DNA of 64,000 nt from Octopus vulgaris (Eukaryota). Location: the NCBI GenBank assembly GCA_951406725.2, contig OX597827.1, forward strand, positions 9,734,001-9,798,000. The letters are read 5' to 3'. Of this stretch, positions 28,461 to 41,100 are shown piece after piece. The notes beneath the pieces were generated by a model. It made no database searches, was not told where the DNA came from, and saw only the letters and a list, made by a program, of their open reading frames with translations. A program made the position numbers and the translations under genes. Within the stretch, counting starts at the first letter, position 1; the number at the start of each line of letters is the position of its first letter.

Positions 28461-28462
<2 letters not shown>

Positions 28463-28830
28463 TCTTTTTACTCTTTTACTTGATTCAGTCATTTGACTGC
28501 GGCCATGCTCGAGCACCACCTTTAGTCGAGCAAATCGACCCCAGGACTTATTCTTTGTAAGCCTAGTACTTATTCTATCGGTCTCTTTTGCCGAACTGCT
28601 AAGTTACAGACACACAAACACACCAACATCGGTTGTCAAGCAATGTTGGGGAGACAAACACAGACACACAAACACACACAAATATATATACATATATATA
28701 TACGACAGGCTTCTTTCAGTTTCTGTCTACCAAATCCACTGAGGCCGACCAAAGCTGCCATGCAGTGGGATTGAACCTGGAACCATGTGGTTGGTAAGCA
28801 AGCTACTTACCACACAGCCACTCCTGTGCC
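28461..28830 (-). mobile_element. SINE family A with internal deletion
   Basis: Matches family A but most of the CORE-like segment near 28740-28755 is missing. Confidence 0.85.
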
Positions 28831-28861
<31 letters not shown>

Positions 28862-29296
28862 GCACATACACATATATATATCTGTGTGTATATGTGTGTA
28901 TATATATATGTGTGTGTGTGTGTGTGTGCATGTGTGTGTATGCACACACATACAAACATACTAATGTATATAATTGCTTATATTCTGAAGTTGAGGGTTT
29001 TAATAACTGTCACAGGTAGACAGACAGGATCAAAGATGATGTAGTTCTGTGAAAGTGATTATATATTTCATATGTAAAGCTTAACTAGAGAAAGCTAAGA
29101 AACGTGAAATCTAATACTAACAACATTAAAGTCTTCATATCTTGTAGCTGAGGCAGTTATAAGTCATGTTAGCAGCTAATAATCTAATTAACATATTATT
29201 TAAAGATGGAACACAATGTGTAACTGCCTTGGACATAATCTTGTTTTCTGCTGATTCTAACCATATGAGCAATACACGAAGATAATAGAAACTCTT

Positions 29297-29505
29297 GGCA
29301 TAGCTGTGTGGTTAAGAAGCTTACTTTGCAGCCATGTGTTTTGGGGTTCAGTCCCACTATGGGGACTCCTGGTCATGTTTATTTCTGTTATAGCATTGAG
29401 CCAGCCAATGCCTTGTGAGTGAATTTGATGCAAAGACACTGTGTGGAGGCCCCGCTAAATATGTATGTATACACACACATACACACACACATACACACAC
29501 ACACA

Positions 29506-29550
<45 letters not shown>

Positions 29551-29770
29551 GTATGTGTATATGTATCTTTGTGCCAGCATTTTTCCCCTACCAACATTTT
29601 GCATTGATTTTTTTATATGCCCGTACTTAGCAGTTTGGCAAGAAGAGACTGATAAAAGAAGTACCAGATTTGAAAATTAAATACTGAGGTAGATTTGTTT
29701 GTCTCAGCTCTTTGATGAGGTGCCCAAACATAGCTGCAGTCCAATGACCAAAGCATGTAAAAGATAAAAG
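29297..29770 (+). mobile_element. Old degenerate SINE family A relative
   Basis: tagctgtgtggttaagaagctt...ggttcagtcccact...aggtgcccaaacatagctgcagtccaatgac tail. Confidence 0.7.
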
Positions 29771-29792
29771 GAAGATAAAAAAAGTTACTTAC

Positions 29793-29843
29793 AATTTACA
29801 CAGCAGTTGTTAATATTATAGTCGGATGTGATCAAGACGATCT
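29793..29843 (-). CDS. Candidate 51-nt internal exon (EIVLITSDYNINNCCVN)
   Basis: Acceptor tttctatatgtcag, consensus donor GTAAGT; only the phase 1-1 frame is open, which matches the neighbouring candidates. Confidence 0.3.
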
Positions 29844-30040
29844 CTGACATATAGAAAGCTCATCAAACAAAACGTTTCAATACAGTGCTCTGTTAGGAGC
29901 ATTGTAGCTCTCTTGACAAAACTACACACTGGGACAAGCCACAACATACACGTTTCAGCATCTGGCCCTGGGACTGTGGGTAATTTGGGTAATTGTATCA
30001 TATACCTTACAATGGTACTATTTTGCTACCATATTTTACT

Positions 30041-30395
30041 ATCATCATCATCATTGTTCAACTGTGGTCGAGACAATGGAATTTACTATGCTATACCAGA
30101 CTTCACGGTCCATCATAGCATTACGGAGGTCCTGTTGCTGGATGCTGTATCCCTGGAGATTAATTACATCAGGGTAGGAGAGTGTGCGCCCTCTGGTATC
30201 GCAAGTAGATGGCTTCCAGAGGAAAAGAGTAGAAATTGCCTCGTTTTCAGCTCTACAACAATGTCCAGCAAACTGGACTCTCCTACCTTTCACAAGAGAT
30301 GATACAGGTGGTAGTTTCCCAGATATTTGTACTTTGGTTGGATGATGCTTCCGTGAGAGATTTTGAGCTCTGATAAGGAGGCGAGTGTAAGTTCT
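30041..30395 (-). mobile_element. 3' fragment of an RTE-clade LINE
   Basis: Translation YTRLLIRAQNLS...RRVQFAGHCCR...LWKP...RGR...DLRNAMMDREVW, followed by a (TGA)n tail. Confidence 0.8.
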
Positions 30396-31466
30396 GTCTT
30401 TGCTTATAGTTATGTTTCTGTAGAAATTAGAATACAATAGGACATGTTGATCTGTTATTAAACTTGGCAGGGCAGTTTGCTGAAAGAAATTTCACTGCTG
30501 AGAGTGAACAACTAGAAGGTAGTTTCTTTGGCACACTTTATTTTATGTTGCTCCAGTCCACTCAGCTAGCAACAATGTATACAACCTGATTTCAAAGGAC
30601 CAGTCTTGTCACATACTGCAACACATTGAATCTCCTTGATCGAATCTACTGGAATCCTCATCATCATAACCAACAGAGTGCTCGTTTTTTTTTTTTTTTT
30701 CTGTATTAGCTCATGTTTTAGAGATATAAAACAGATGAACCTGACTTTTGAAAATGAAGTTTTTTTATCTTTCAATGGAAATGCCATACGCATATTGATG
30801 TTACAAACATTGCTGTTAAATAGTCCTTGTAAATTTACTATAAACACCACAGTAACTAAAATGTAAATGTAAATGTTAAAGGTGTGTTTTACTGAAATTC
30901 TAAATTCTCATTAATAGTAGAATGAGCATTTATAATAAAGAAAAGCATAATGAGGCAGAGAATAATTTGGTCCATAGCTTCAATGATATTTAGTTGATGT
31001 CACCAAGTTCCAAACATTTTTAAGCAATTCTAAAAGAAAAAAAAAATTTTACTCAGGAATGCTTTCTACAATTTCTTCAGAACAAAAGGGGATACTCATA
31101 ATGTAATAAAGAATTTAATGAAAAAAATATATTTCCATTTCTGAAGCTCTAAGCATTCTGTCACCATATACTATAGGACAATTTTGACAATATGCTTACA
31201 GATTTCAAGTGAAAGCAATTCCAAAGAAACATTCAAAACACTTATGTATTCAATTTTCTGTAAATAATTATTAAAAAAAAAAAAACAAAGAAAAATCACA
31301 TTGTCCTCACTCAAGTCCTTCCATCGTTCTTAAAATATGCGATGCTTGGTTCTTTCCATTTATTTCCATTGAAACAATAAACTATTGTTTGTATATCCAA
31401 ATACGCATGCATATAGATATACATGCTTGTGTATACATGTATATGTGTGCACACACAAACACACAT

Positions 31467-31506
<40 letters not shown>

Positions 31507-31569
31507 GCTTACAGATAATTACATATAGACACCTATACATACACACATGTGCATTCAGACATATATATG

Positions 31570-31673
<104 letters not shown>

Positions 31674-31909
31674 GATATATATGTATATAGATATATATAT
31701 ATATAGAGAGAGAGAGCAAGAGCAAGAAAGTGAGAGAGAGAGAGAGAGAGAGCCAGAGACAGGTGAGACAGAGAGAGAGAGAAGCAGGACAATTTGTATT
31801 GTGTATGTTTCATATAGGAGGCAGAAATGTGTTTCAATTCATTTAACGTATACATATATGATTGAAAGACATATAGAACTTGCTTTGTTTATATTTAGAG
31901 GGGGAGTAA

Positions 31910-31961
<52 letters not shown>

Positions 31962-32954
31962 AAGAAAGAGAAGGAGTGGATGTGCTGTCTGAGATATAAA
32001 ATTAATATGTAATCCTCTAACAATAGCTGGTGTGACACGGAAGTTCTGTTGGCAGTATGAGATCAGTGAATGACAAAATTATAATAAACCAAGAATATGT
32101 ATCAGAAGACCCATAGGATTTGTTCAGAGTGGGAATTCTTCTTGTATAATATCAATTTCATTTGAATGACTGACTGGTATTATATTCTCACACTTAGGAT
32201 AAAACTGCTAGGCTATGTATTATATTACAAAGAAAAATATTTGATGAATATTGCAAACTACAAACGTATTAATTTTGTTTCAATAACAAATGGAAGTTTG
32301 ATCAATACTTTTAATCCTATTAGCAAAAGTAAGCTATTATTCCATTCTGTAGATGATCTGGCACTTTTGGTCCAAAATTAAGATTTGTAAGATCTGGGGG
32401 TAGCTAGTAAGAGAAAAAAAGCTGGGGAAAACAGAATTTTCATTCCTGTGAGTGTAAGTATGAATATAAATCTATAATCAAAGTACAAAAATTGCAGGTT
32501 CAACTGCCAATAGATATCCTATTTCTCATTGATTTTTGCTGTAACATTCACATCATTTGGCTTACACAGCAGTAAATGATTTTTTTTCTTTTTTTGTTCA
32601 AAGTTCCAGAGAATATGTGATATCTCAATGCAATATTTGATGGGAATATTAATTTGATTGTTCAACCAACCGAAGTTCACTATTTTCTAAGATAGAGATG
32701 TATTCATTTCCAGTTATTGTTTCAATATATCCATCTTTCTATGTATGGAATATCAGAATTGTTTATGATAGTATGTCTCTTAGGATGATTGTGTTCAGAC
32801 ATTTTGAAAGCTCTACTGAAGACAGGGCTGTTTCCAAACAAACACTGACCTTGTCATATGTATTTGCATTTGTACATGTTACATCAAAAGAACCTGCAGT
32901 TTGACCATAAGGCCTTGTTTTGTAAAAAGGCAAAACATATATAGACAAGACTCA

Positions 32955-33510
32955 ATCATCATCATCATCATCATTTAGCGTCCACTTTCCATGCTAGCAT
33001 GGGTTGGACGGTTCAACTGGGGTCTGGGAAGCCAGAAGGCTGCACCAGGCCCAGTTTGATCTGGCAATGTTTCTACGGCTGGATGCCCTTCCTAACGTCA
33101 ACCACTCCATAAGTGTAGTGAATGCTTTTTACGTGCCACCGGCACAGGTGTCAAACAAGTCTGGCAATTGGCCACGATCGGATGGTGCTTTTTATGTGCC
33201 ACCGGCACGGGGGCCAGGTGAGGCTGGCAAACGGCCACTAACGGATGGTGCTTTTTACGTGCCACCGGCATGAGGCCAGTCGGGGCGGCGCTGGCAACGG
33301 CCTCAAACGGATGGTGCTTTTTATATGCCACCGGCACGGGGGCCGGGCGAGGCTGGCAACAGCCACGATCAGATGGTGCTTTTTATGTGCCACCGGCACG
33401 GGGGCCAGGTGAGGCTGGCAATGGCCACGAACGGATGGTGCTTTTTATGTGCCACCGGCACGAGGCCAGTCGGGGCGGCGCTGGCAACGGCCACATTCGG
33501 ATGGTTCAAC
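32955..33510 (-). mobile_element. Family D element with internal 62-66 bp GC-rich minisatellite
   Basis: gatggt(gcttttta) recurs at 33181, 33244, 33310, 33372, 33434 and 33500. Confidence 0.85.
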
Positions 33511-34008
33511 GTATATATCTATTCGTAAACATTTCCAATAGAAGTCCAAAGCTAAAAATTTGTTGGAAGAGTAGCAGTCAGTTATATTAGCCTCATTACT
33601 TGACTGGCATTTTATTTTATTGGTTCTAGAAGGATGAAAGGCAAACCTGATTTAAAAAAAAAAATTTGAACTCAAAACGTAATGTGATTGAATTTTACTG
33701 ATCTACTGTCTTTACAATTTTCAAGATAGATACAAGACCAGAAATTTGTGAGGAAACAAAATGTAATTAAAGTGATCCAGCTATTTAACTGATAAAGAGG
33801 GTGAAAGTGAATGTACTAGCTCTGATAGTTAGAGTAGTGCACTCACAGTCATAATAGATCATGATTATTATTATTAAGCCAAGGCCGACTTTGCCTTTTG
33901 TCTTTTTCAATAAGATAAGTCCCAGTTGAGCTCAAGGAATGATGTAATTGACTAACTCCCACCTTTGAAATTGATAACCTTGTGCCAAAATTTGATACCA
34001 TTGTTTTA

Positions 34009-34009
<1 letters not shown>

Positions 34010-34073
<64 letters not shown>

Positions 34074-34157
34074 TCATATATGCTCAACAGATTAAACTGT
34101 GGATATGAAATAATGATAATGATGATGATGATGATGATGATCATCATCATCATCATC

Positions 34158-34227
<70 letters not shown>

Positions 34228-34264
34228 GAAGAAGAAGAAGAAGAAAAACAACAACAACAACAAC

Positions 34265-34296
<32 letters not shown>
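34010..34296. repeat. Compound trinucleotide microsatellite (ATT/GAT/CAT/AAT/AAG/AAC)
   Basis: Directly visible. Confidence 0.95.
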
Positions 34297-34737
34297 GTAC
34301 CAATGCCCTGATGCAGTACCAATGCCCTGATGCAGTACCTAAATGCCCTGATGCAGTACCAGGCAGTGGCTCTCATACTTCTGATCTTAACTGATTGGAA
34401 GTGTTATCATGTACATTGTTTTGTCTTGGTATAAAAGATGGGTTTTACAGCAAATATTCTGCTCAATACCACAGATTTGCTTGTCAGTTGTTTGACTTTA
34501 ACCAGTTGAGCATGTCCCTTAGTGGCTGACGATATGTGCATCTCTGATCACGGGCAGAAGTAGTGGGGGAGCATCATAGCCATGTGTTGAGATATGAGAT
34601 CACCATGTCGCGCACATATGGTTGTGGTGCATGTGCCTGGTGTACCCTTATCAGACGGGTAGTCATGATGGGTATACTGGGCTTCGTATATTTTACCCCA
34701 GTGTCACTTTGATGGCATGAACTGCTCTCTCACTCTA
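34297..34737. mobile_element. Interspersed repeat family C, internally deleted, terminal 19-mer triplicated
   Basis: Reverse complement of 2750-3525 lacking about 150 bp; agtaccaatgccctgatgc repeated at the left end. Confidence 0.75.
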
Positions 34738-34820
34738 TAATAATAATAATAACAACAACAACAACAACAATGTTTCAAATTTTGGTATTATTGCTACTAA
34801 TATTTTTATTATTATTATTA

Positions 34821-34864
<44 letters not shown>

Positions 34865-35220
34865 GGCATAAATTACTATTATTGTTATTGGCCCCATGAT
34901 GCAACTTAAAGATTCAAAGATTCATCGCAAGAGCCTAGTTCATCAAGCTCAGACATGTATGTATATATGTATGCATAAACATGCATACATGTGTGTGTGT
35001 GCATTGAGCCTGTATATTGAAATTGTCTTTAGTTATAGTTATGTCCAGAAGTTGTGCCATGTTTAGATATAGTGCTATGTCCAGCTATTGTATAATATGT
35101 AAAAACAGATTTATTTTTTATCACTGTGAGTATTCTTAAAATGGCATAATCATTACTTAGACATACTTAAAGTAATACAGATAATGGTTTGACTAAGTTA
35201 ACCCTCTTAGATCTGGGTAC

Positions 35221-35370
35221 CTCCATCGGGGCTCCTGAGCCAAAAAATAAATAGTTGCATATATGACACAAAAGTAATAATTGCAGGTAAACTATGGACA
35301 GAATCAGGACAAAAATCAGGAGGGCAACAATAATCGGTCTTTCTCTCAACTGCTGTATTTGTTAAGCAAA
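35221..35370 (-). CDS. Candidate internal exon (ICLTNTAVERKTDYCCPPDFCPDSVHSLPAII...SPDG); 3' boundary uncertain
   Basis: Long pyrimidine tract ending ccattag at 35371-35372 after an 88-nt intron; phase 1 continues the 35459 exon; donor G|GTACCC is weak, and an alternative exon at about 35167-35234 ends at a GTATGT donor. Confidence 0.4.
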
Positions 35371-35458
35371 CTAATGGACAGAATGACAAAAGATTGAGGA
35401 GAATAACGATAAATAGGTATATATCTCAACTACCATCTGAATTCACCCCGAACCTTAC

Positions 35459-35529
35459 TTTCCTCGTCACGTTCAACAGTGTCATTGTCTGAATCACTCT
35501 CGTAACCAGCGTAAGTGTAAATTCTTTGT
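35459..35529 (-). CDS. Candidate 71-nt exon (QRIYTYAGYESDSDNDTVERDEE)
   Basis: ttattcttcag acceptor, GTAAGG donor, open phase 2-1 frame, CpG-retaining unique sequence. Confidence 0.6.
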
Positions 35530-36389
35530 CTGAAGAATAAATATCATTAATAATTTCCTCAACTGTAAAGAGTCTAGCCTTGCTTGTTTACAAGACAAAG
35601 TGCTGGGTTCATCTCACACAGCTGTTTCATTGTAAACTCATTTTTTTTTCTCTCTCTGGTTAAAAACAAAAGTAAACAACAGCTATGGGGGAAAGACCAT
35701 TAACAATGAGTTATAAACACACTTGACTACAAAGCTGCAACATGATTATTTGTCTAATTTTAGTATTTTATATTCTTTTTCTGCTTGAGTTGTTCATTAC
35801 AGCTTTTGCAGGAATCCAGCAGATATGACATTTAAGCTAATCCTGCTAGAGTAGGAACATGGCGTGACAGGGTTAAAGCAGTGAAACCATAAGCGAAGGG
35901 TTAAATTTTCCTGTAGGAAAAAAATTCTTTATTGTCAGGGTCTGATCTTGTAAAAGTCATAGAATGCATGCACACACATAGGTACATGTTCTCATACACA
36001 CATAGACACATGTGTACACACACATAAGTGCATGCTTGTGCATACACACATGTATATACACATACACATAAATGCTGACATTTCAATCAGATGGTAACAA
36101 GTAAATTCAACATCAATGTTTGAATTTGCTTGTCACCATCTGGTTGAAAGAGAGAAATTATGTTTATATTCCTTTGTGACATGACAATTTGGCCAGTAAT
36201 TATGAAAACCAGTGGAAAAAAAATCTTTTGCTTGAGAAGCAGGTGAGTTCTGATGACAGTGAAACCATTTGGGCATAAAATTTTGCCTCAAATAATTCCT
36301 CATCCAATCCTGCAATCATGGAAAAAGTAGACAATCAGCACATCAGGATATATATATAATTGTGAAGCATGACTGTCACCACTACTACA

Positions 36390-36434
36390 TGAACCTGAAG
36401 ATTGCAGAGTTTAATGCATGAAAGTACTAGTTCA
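36390..36434 (+). ncRNA. Minimal type I hammerhead ribozyme motif (Penelope-type)
   Basis: tgaac-CTGAAGA-ttgca gagtttaa tgcat-GAAA-gtac-TA-gttca: stem I tgaac/gttca, core boxes, palindromic stem III agtact. Confidence 0.55.
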
Positions 36435-36647
36435 ATCAGAATGAACATTTAACATTCTATTATTTTATTTTATTTTATTATATTATATTATCTTATATCA
36501 TTATAAGATTGTAAATAAAACGTGAAAACCAGACAAGGTTGGAATTCCTTTTATTAATATATTCTTCTATACACAATCACACACACCCGTATATATATCT
36601 ATATCTATATATATATATATACATGTGTGTGCATGGGTGTGTATATT

Positions 36648-36690
<43 letters not shown>

Positions 36691-36749
36691 ATCTAAGAAT
36701 CCATAAGTCAGAAAAAATATGCACTTGTATAGTTGTCAACAGAGTAGGG

Positions 36750-36952
36750 TATATTAATCAAAATATACAGTATTGTAGATCTATTTCAGCCGATCTTACC
36801 AATTGGTTTCCCTGGTGACATCTCTGAAGAGCATTTAGTGTTAGATGAAAACATTTATGTCTAATATCTGGTTGTCAAATATCCAATGTGAAATTGATTT
36901 GTAAGATCAGCTGAAGTGAATCTATAATACAGCATAGTTTTGATGAATGTAT
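36750..36952. mobile_element. Old MITE-like element with about 55-bp imperfect TIRs
   Basis: atcaaaatatacagtattgtagatctatttcagccgatcttac versus the reverse complement of gtaagatcagctgaagtgaatctataatacagcatagttttgat. Confidence 0.6.
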
Positions 36953-36999
36953 CAGCATACATGCCTTTATTTATATTACTTTTTTTTTTCTTTTTTTTT

Positions 37000-37511
37000 C
37001 TTTTACTTGTTTCAGTCATTTGACTGCGGCCATGCTGGAGCACCGCCTTTAGTCGATAAAATCGACCCCGGAACTTATTCTTTGTAAGCCCAGTACTTAT
37101 TCTATCGGTCTCTTTTGCCGAACTGCTAAGTGGCGGGGACGTAGACACACCAGCATCGGTTGTCAAGCAATGCTAGGGGGACAAACACAGACACACAAAC
37201 ACACACGCACACACATACATATATATATATATACATATATATGACAGGCTTCTTTCAGTTTCCGTCTACCAAATCCACTCACAAAGCATTGGTCAGCCCG
37301 GGGCTATAGCAGAAGACACTTGCCCAAGATGCCACGCAGTGGGACTGAACCCACAACCATGTGGTTGGTTAGCAAGCTACTTACCACACAGCGGCCATGC
37401 TGGAGCACCGCCTTTTAGTCGAGCAAATCGACCGCGGGACTTATTCTTTGTAAGCCCAGTACTTATTCTATCGGTCTCTTTTGCCGAACTGCTAAGTGAC
37501 ACAGCCACTCC
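37000..37511 (-). mobile_element. SINE family A with about 107-bp internal segment re-inserted in its head
   Basis: 37391-37498 repeats 37026-37130; the head resumes acacagccactcc. Confidence 0.85.
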
Positions 37512-37679
37512 AAATATTAGTGAAACTTATATGTAAAATAAATGTTTCTGTTGCTTGCATTGCTTTTTAAAATACTCTGAAGTGCTCACTTAAAGTTTTC
37601 ACTAACATGGTGCTGGATTTGTCCTCTTGAATTACCCACATCTACATAATATGTGGTTTATTATTTATTGTTCACCATA

Positions 37680-38090
37680 GGCGCAGGAGTGGCTGTGTGG
37701 TAAGTAGCTTGTTTACCAACCACATGGTTCCGGGTTCAGTCCCACTGCGTGGCACCTTCGGCAAGTGTCTTCTACTCTAGCCTCGGGCCGACCAAAGCCT
37801 TGTGAGTGGATTTGGTAGACGGAAACTGAAAGAAGCCTGTCTTATATATGTATATATATGCGTGTGTGTGTTTGTGTGTCTGTGTTTGTCCCCCTAGCAT
37901 TGCTTGACAACCGATGCTGGTGTGTTTATGTCCCTGTCACTTAGCGGTTCGGCAAAATAGACCAATAGAATAAGTACTGGGCTCACAAAAGAATAAGTCC
38001 CGGGCTCGAGTTGCTTGATTAAAGGCGGTGCTCCAGCATGGCCGCAGTCAAATGACTGAAACAAGTAAAAGAGTAAAAGAGTAAAAGAGA
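37680..38090 (+). mobile_element. SINE family A
   Basis: Full-length match. Confidence 0.9.
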
Positions 38091-38257
38091 TACTAATCTT
38101 CCATGACCACTACCTCAATTTACCACCTTAAAATCGATGCATCATCTTTCTCAACTTCTCCCTGCCTTTTTTGCTCTTTCTATTTCTCTGGACATATAAT
38201 TCGAAACAAGGTTTTTCTGTAAACCATTTCCCCCTATCTTTAGTGTGAATCTAATAT

Positions 38258-38898
38258 TTAACCCTTTCATTACTGTATTTATTTTGAGATGCTCTGTGAT
38301 TCTTTCAATTAATTTTAAATATAACAAAGAATTTAGTAAAATAACTTAGTTATCATTAAGCTATTGTTAAGGACATAAATTGTGACTAAGGTTTGGTGGA
38401 AGATTTTAATTCAAAATTTATGTAAACAAGACAGGAGTGGCTGTGTGGTAAGTAGCTTGTTAACCAACTACATGGTTCCGGGTTCAGTCCCACTGCGTGG
38501 CATCTTGGGCAAGTGTCTTCTGCTATAGCCCCGGGCCGAACAATGCCTTGTGAGTGGATTTGGTAGACGGAAACTGAAAGAAGCCTGTCGTATATATGTA
38601 TATATATATATATATGTATGTGAGTGTGTGTTTGTGTGTTTGTGTGTCTGCGTTTGTCCCGCTAGCATTGCTTGACAACCGATGCTGGTGTGTTTACGTC
38701 CCCGTCACTTAGCGGTTCGGCAAAAAGAGACCGATAGAATAAGTACTGGGCTTACAAAGAATAAGTCCCGGGGTCGATTTGCTCGACTAAAAGGCGGTGC
38801 TCCTGCATGACCGCAGTCAAATGACTGAAGCAAGTAAAAGAGAAAGACATTTGTACTCAGAGCCCGAACCGGTTTCGGCCGGGCTTGTAACGAAAGGG
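38258..38898. mobile_element. TTAA/CCC piggyBac-like MITE split by a SINE A (38434-38843)
   Basis: Reverse-complement match to the intact copy 60734-60962; the SINE is flanked by TSD aagaca at 38428-38433 and 38844-38849. Confidence 0.8.
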
Positions 38899-39028
38899 AC
38901 TGTATCTCAGATGTTTCTTTGCTTGCTTGAGTCGTCGCTAAAGAGAATCATGAATTTTCGCCAAGCAGTTATAATCGAGAAGAATTGTAAAAATATTTCT
39001 GAATAGGCAATGTTACAATGTTTTATAC

Positions 39029-39221
39029 CTTATTTTTTTTTTTTTTTTTTTTTTTTTTTGGTAGTGGGTGCATCTCCAGTGACATTTCCAAGATTAGAAC
39101 TATTATCCCCAGCAGAATACCATCCAGAATCTGCCATACAGATATTCAGAATCCATTTACAAAAGAGTCGAGTACTCTGCTTCACAAGTTCAGACTAGTG
39201 CTTGACTCTAAAAGAACATGT
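39029..39221 (-). other. Exon-like segment (…MADSGWYSAGDNSSNLGNVTGDAPTT-K9-stop)
   Basis: cttctttaccag acceptor, AAG|GTATAA donor; the frame is closed by TAA right after a 27-nt A run. Confidence 0.35.
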
Positions 39222-39346
39222 CTGGTAAAGAAGATTAATCTGACATTTTTCTGGTTGTCCTTTAGTTATGTCAAATATGATCCACATTTGGCATGCATTC
39301 ATGCATCCATCCATCTATCTGTCTATCTACGTTTTTGTCTGTCTGT

Positions 39347-39548
<202 letters not shown>

Positions 39549-40056
39549 GTGTGCTATGGGCGTATATATATTTGTATACATATATGATTTTTGTTTTGAA
39601 ATAGTTTTATATATTCTTAGGCATGAGTCTGTGCATGTGTGTTTGGGTGTTTGGGTGTATGTGTGCATGTGTATGTGTGCATGTGTACATATCTATGTAA
39701 TGTTTATGTAGTAGTTCTTATCTGCATGATTTTTTAAATCCTTTTTATGTCACAAATCATTCAATATAGATTTTGTTATACTTATACTTATATTTCCCAG
39801 ATATCCACTTGTCAAAAGAAACTGGCACTTTGTAAAAGAATTTTCATTTTAGAATCTGTCATTCTGTATTCTGAATGCAATCATTGATGGAACCATAGAT
39901 ATTTTGAGAAAGAATATGTTGACACCAGGCCAGACCGTACTGATTCCAAAAGAAGGCCATTTTACCAATTAGCTAGCTTTCTATCATACATACACTTCAA
40001 CTACTAGCTCTCAGGTGTGTTGGTTCTTTTTATTGTCCTATCTATCACTACAGCCA

Positions 40057-40455
40057 CAGGAGTGGCTGTGTGGTAAGTAGCTTGCTTACCAACCACATGG
40101 TTTCGTGGTTCATTCCCACTGCATGGCACCTTGGGCAAGTGTCTTCTACTAATAGCCTCGGGACGACCAAAGCCTTGTGAGTGGATTTGGTAGACAGAAA
40201 CTGAAAGAAGCCTGTCGTATATATGTATGTATATATATATGTATGTGTGTGTATATGTTTGTGTTTCTGTGTTTTCCCCCCAATATGGCTTGACAACTGA
40301 TGCTGGTAACTTAGTGGTTCAGCAAAAGAGACCGCTAGAATAACTACTAGGCTTACAAAGAATCAGTTCTGGAGTCGATTTGCTTGACTAAAGGTGGTGC
40401 TCCAGCATGGCCGCAGTCAAATGACTGAAGCAAGTAAAAGAGTAAAAGAGTAAAA
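40057..40455 (+). mobile_element. SINE family A
   Basis: Family match with a small internal deletion. Confidence 0.9.
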
Positions 40456-40877
40456 TTTGGATTAGCTAACAGTTTACATTTACTCCTCACAACTCATTTG
40501 ACCCTCAGAAAATATTAGTTGTTAGTCTATGACAATCAACCAAGCCCATTCATAAAAAAGATAGAAAAATCTCACAGTCTCCTCCTGGGGCCCCAAAACA
40601 GTCTTGCTAATGGCAAGCTGGCAGAATCATTAGCACACTAGGCATTTGGTCCATCGTTCTGAGTTCAAATTCTGCCAAGGGCAATTTTTTCTTTTATCCT
40701 TTTGGGTCCATAAAATGACTACGACTTAATCACTGGGTTCAATGTAATTGACTTTCCCTCTACACCAAATTTGCTGGCCTCGTGTTAAAATTTGAAATTA
40801 ATATTTTCTTAAATGTCTTATCTGTTCTTGTCTATTTCCTCTTTGTTCCAAGTATAATGTATCTAGAAAAGCATTAA

Positions 40878-41100
40878 CCTATTTCTTTACTACCCTCAAG
40901 GGGCTAAACACAGAGGGGACAAACAAGGACAGACAAACGAATTAAGTCGATTATATTGACCCCAGTGCATAACTGGTACTTATTTAATCGACCCCAAAAG
41001 GATGAAAGGCAAAGTCGACCTCGGCAGAATTTGAACTCAGAACATAACAGCAGACGAAATACCACTAAGCATTTTGCCCAGCATACTAACGTTTCTGCCA
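40878..41100 (-). mobile_element. SINE family B
   Basis: Reverse complement of the 3168 copy; a degenerate relative lies at 40611-40800 (+). Confidence 0.85.

Noticed and set aside
32850-32913. Minus-strand exon (GSFDVTCTNANTYDK) with AAG|GTCAGT donor
   Set aside because: Ambiguous acceptor, and its phase-0 end has no identified partner
35221-35345. Rhomboid protease resemblance (YCCPP...PAIITFVSYMQLFIF versus CCPPP.F...S..E...F)
   Set aside because: Spacing differs and I found no downstream WR, HxxxN or GxSG exons
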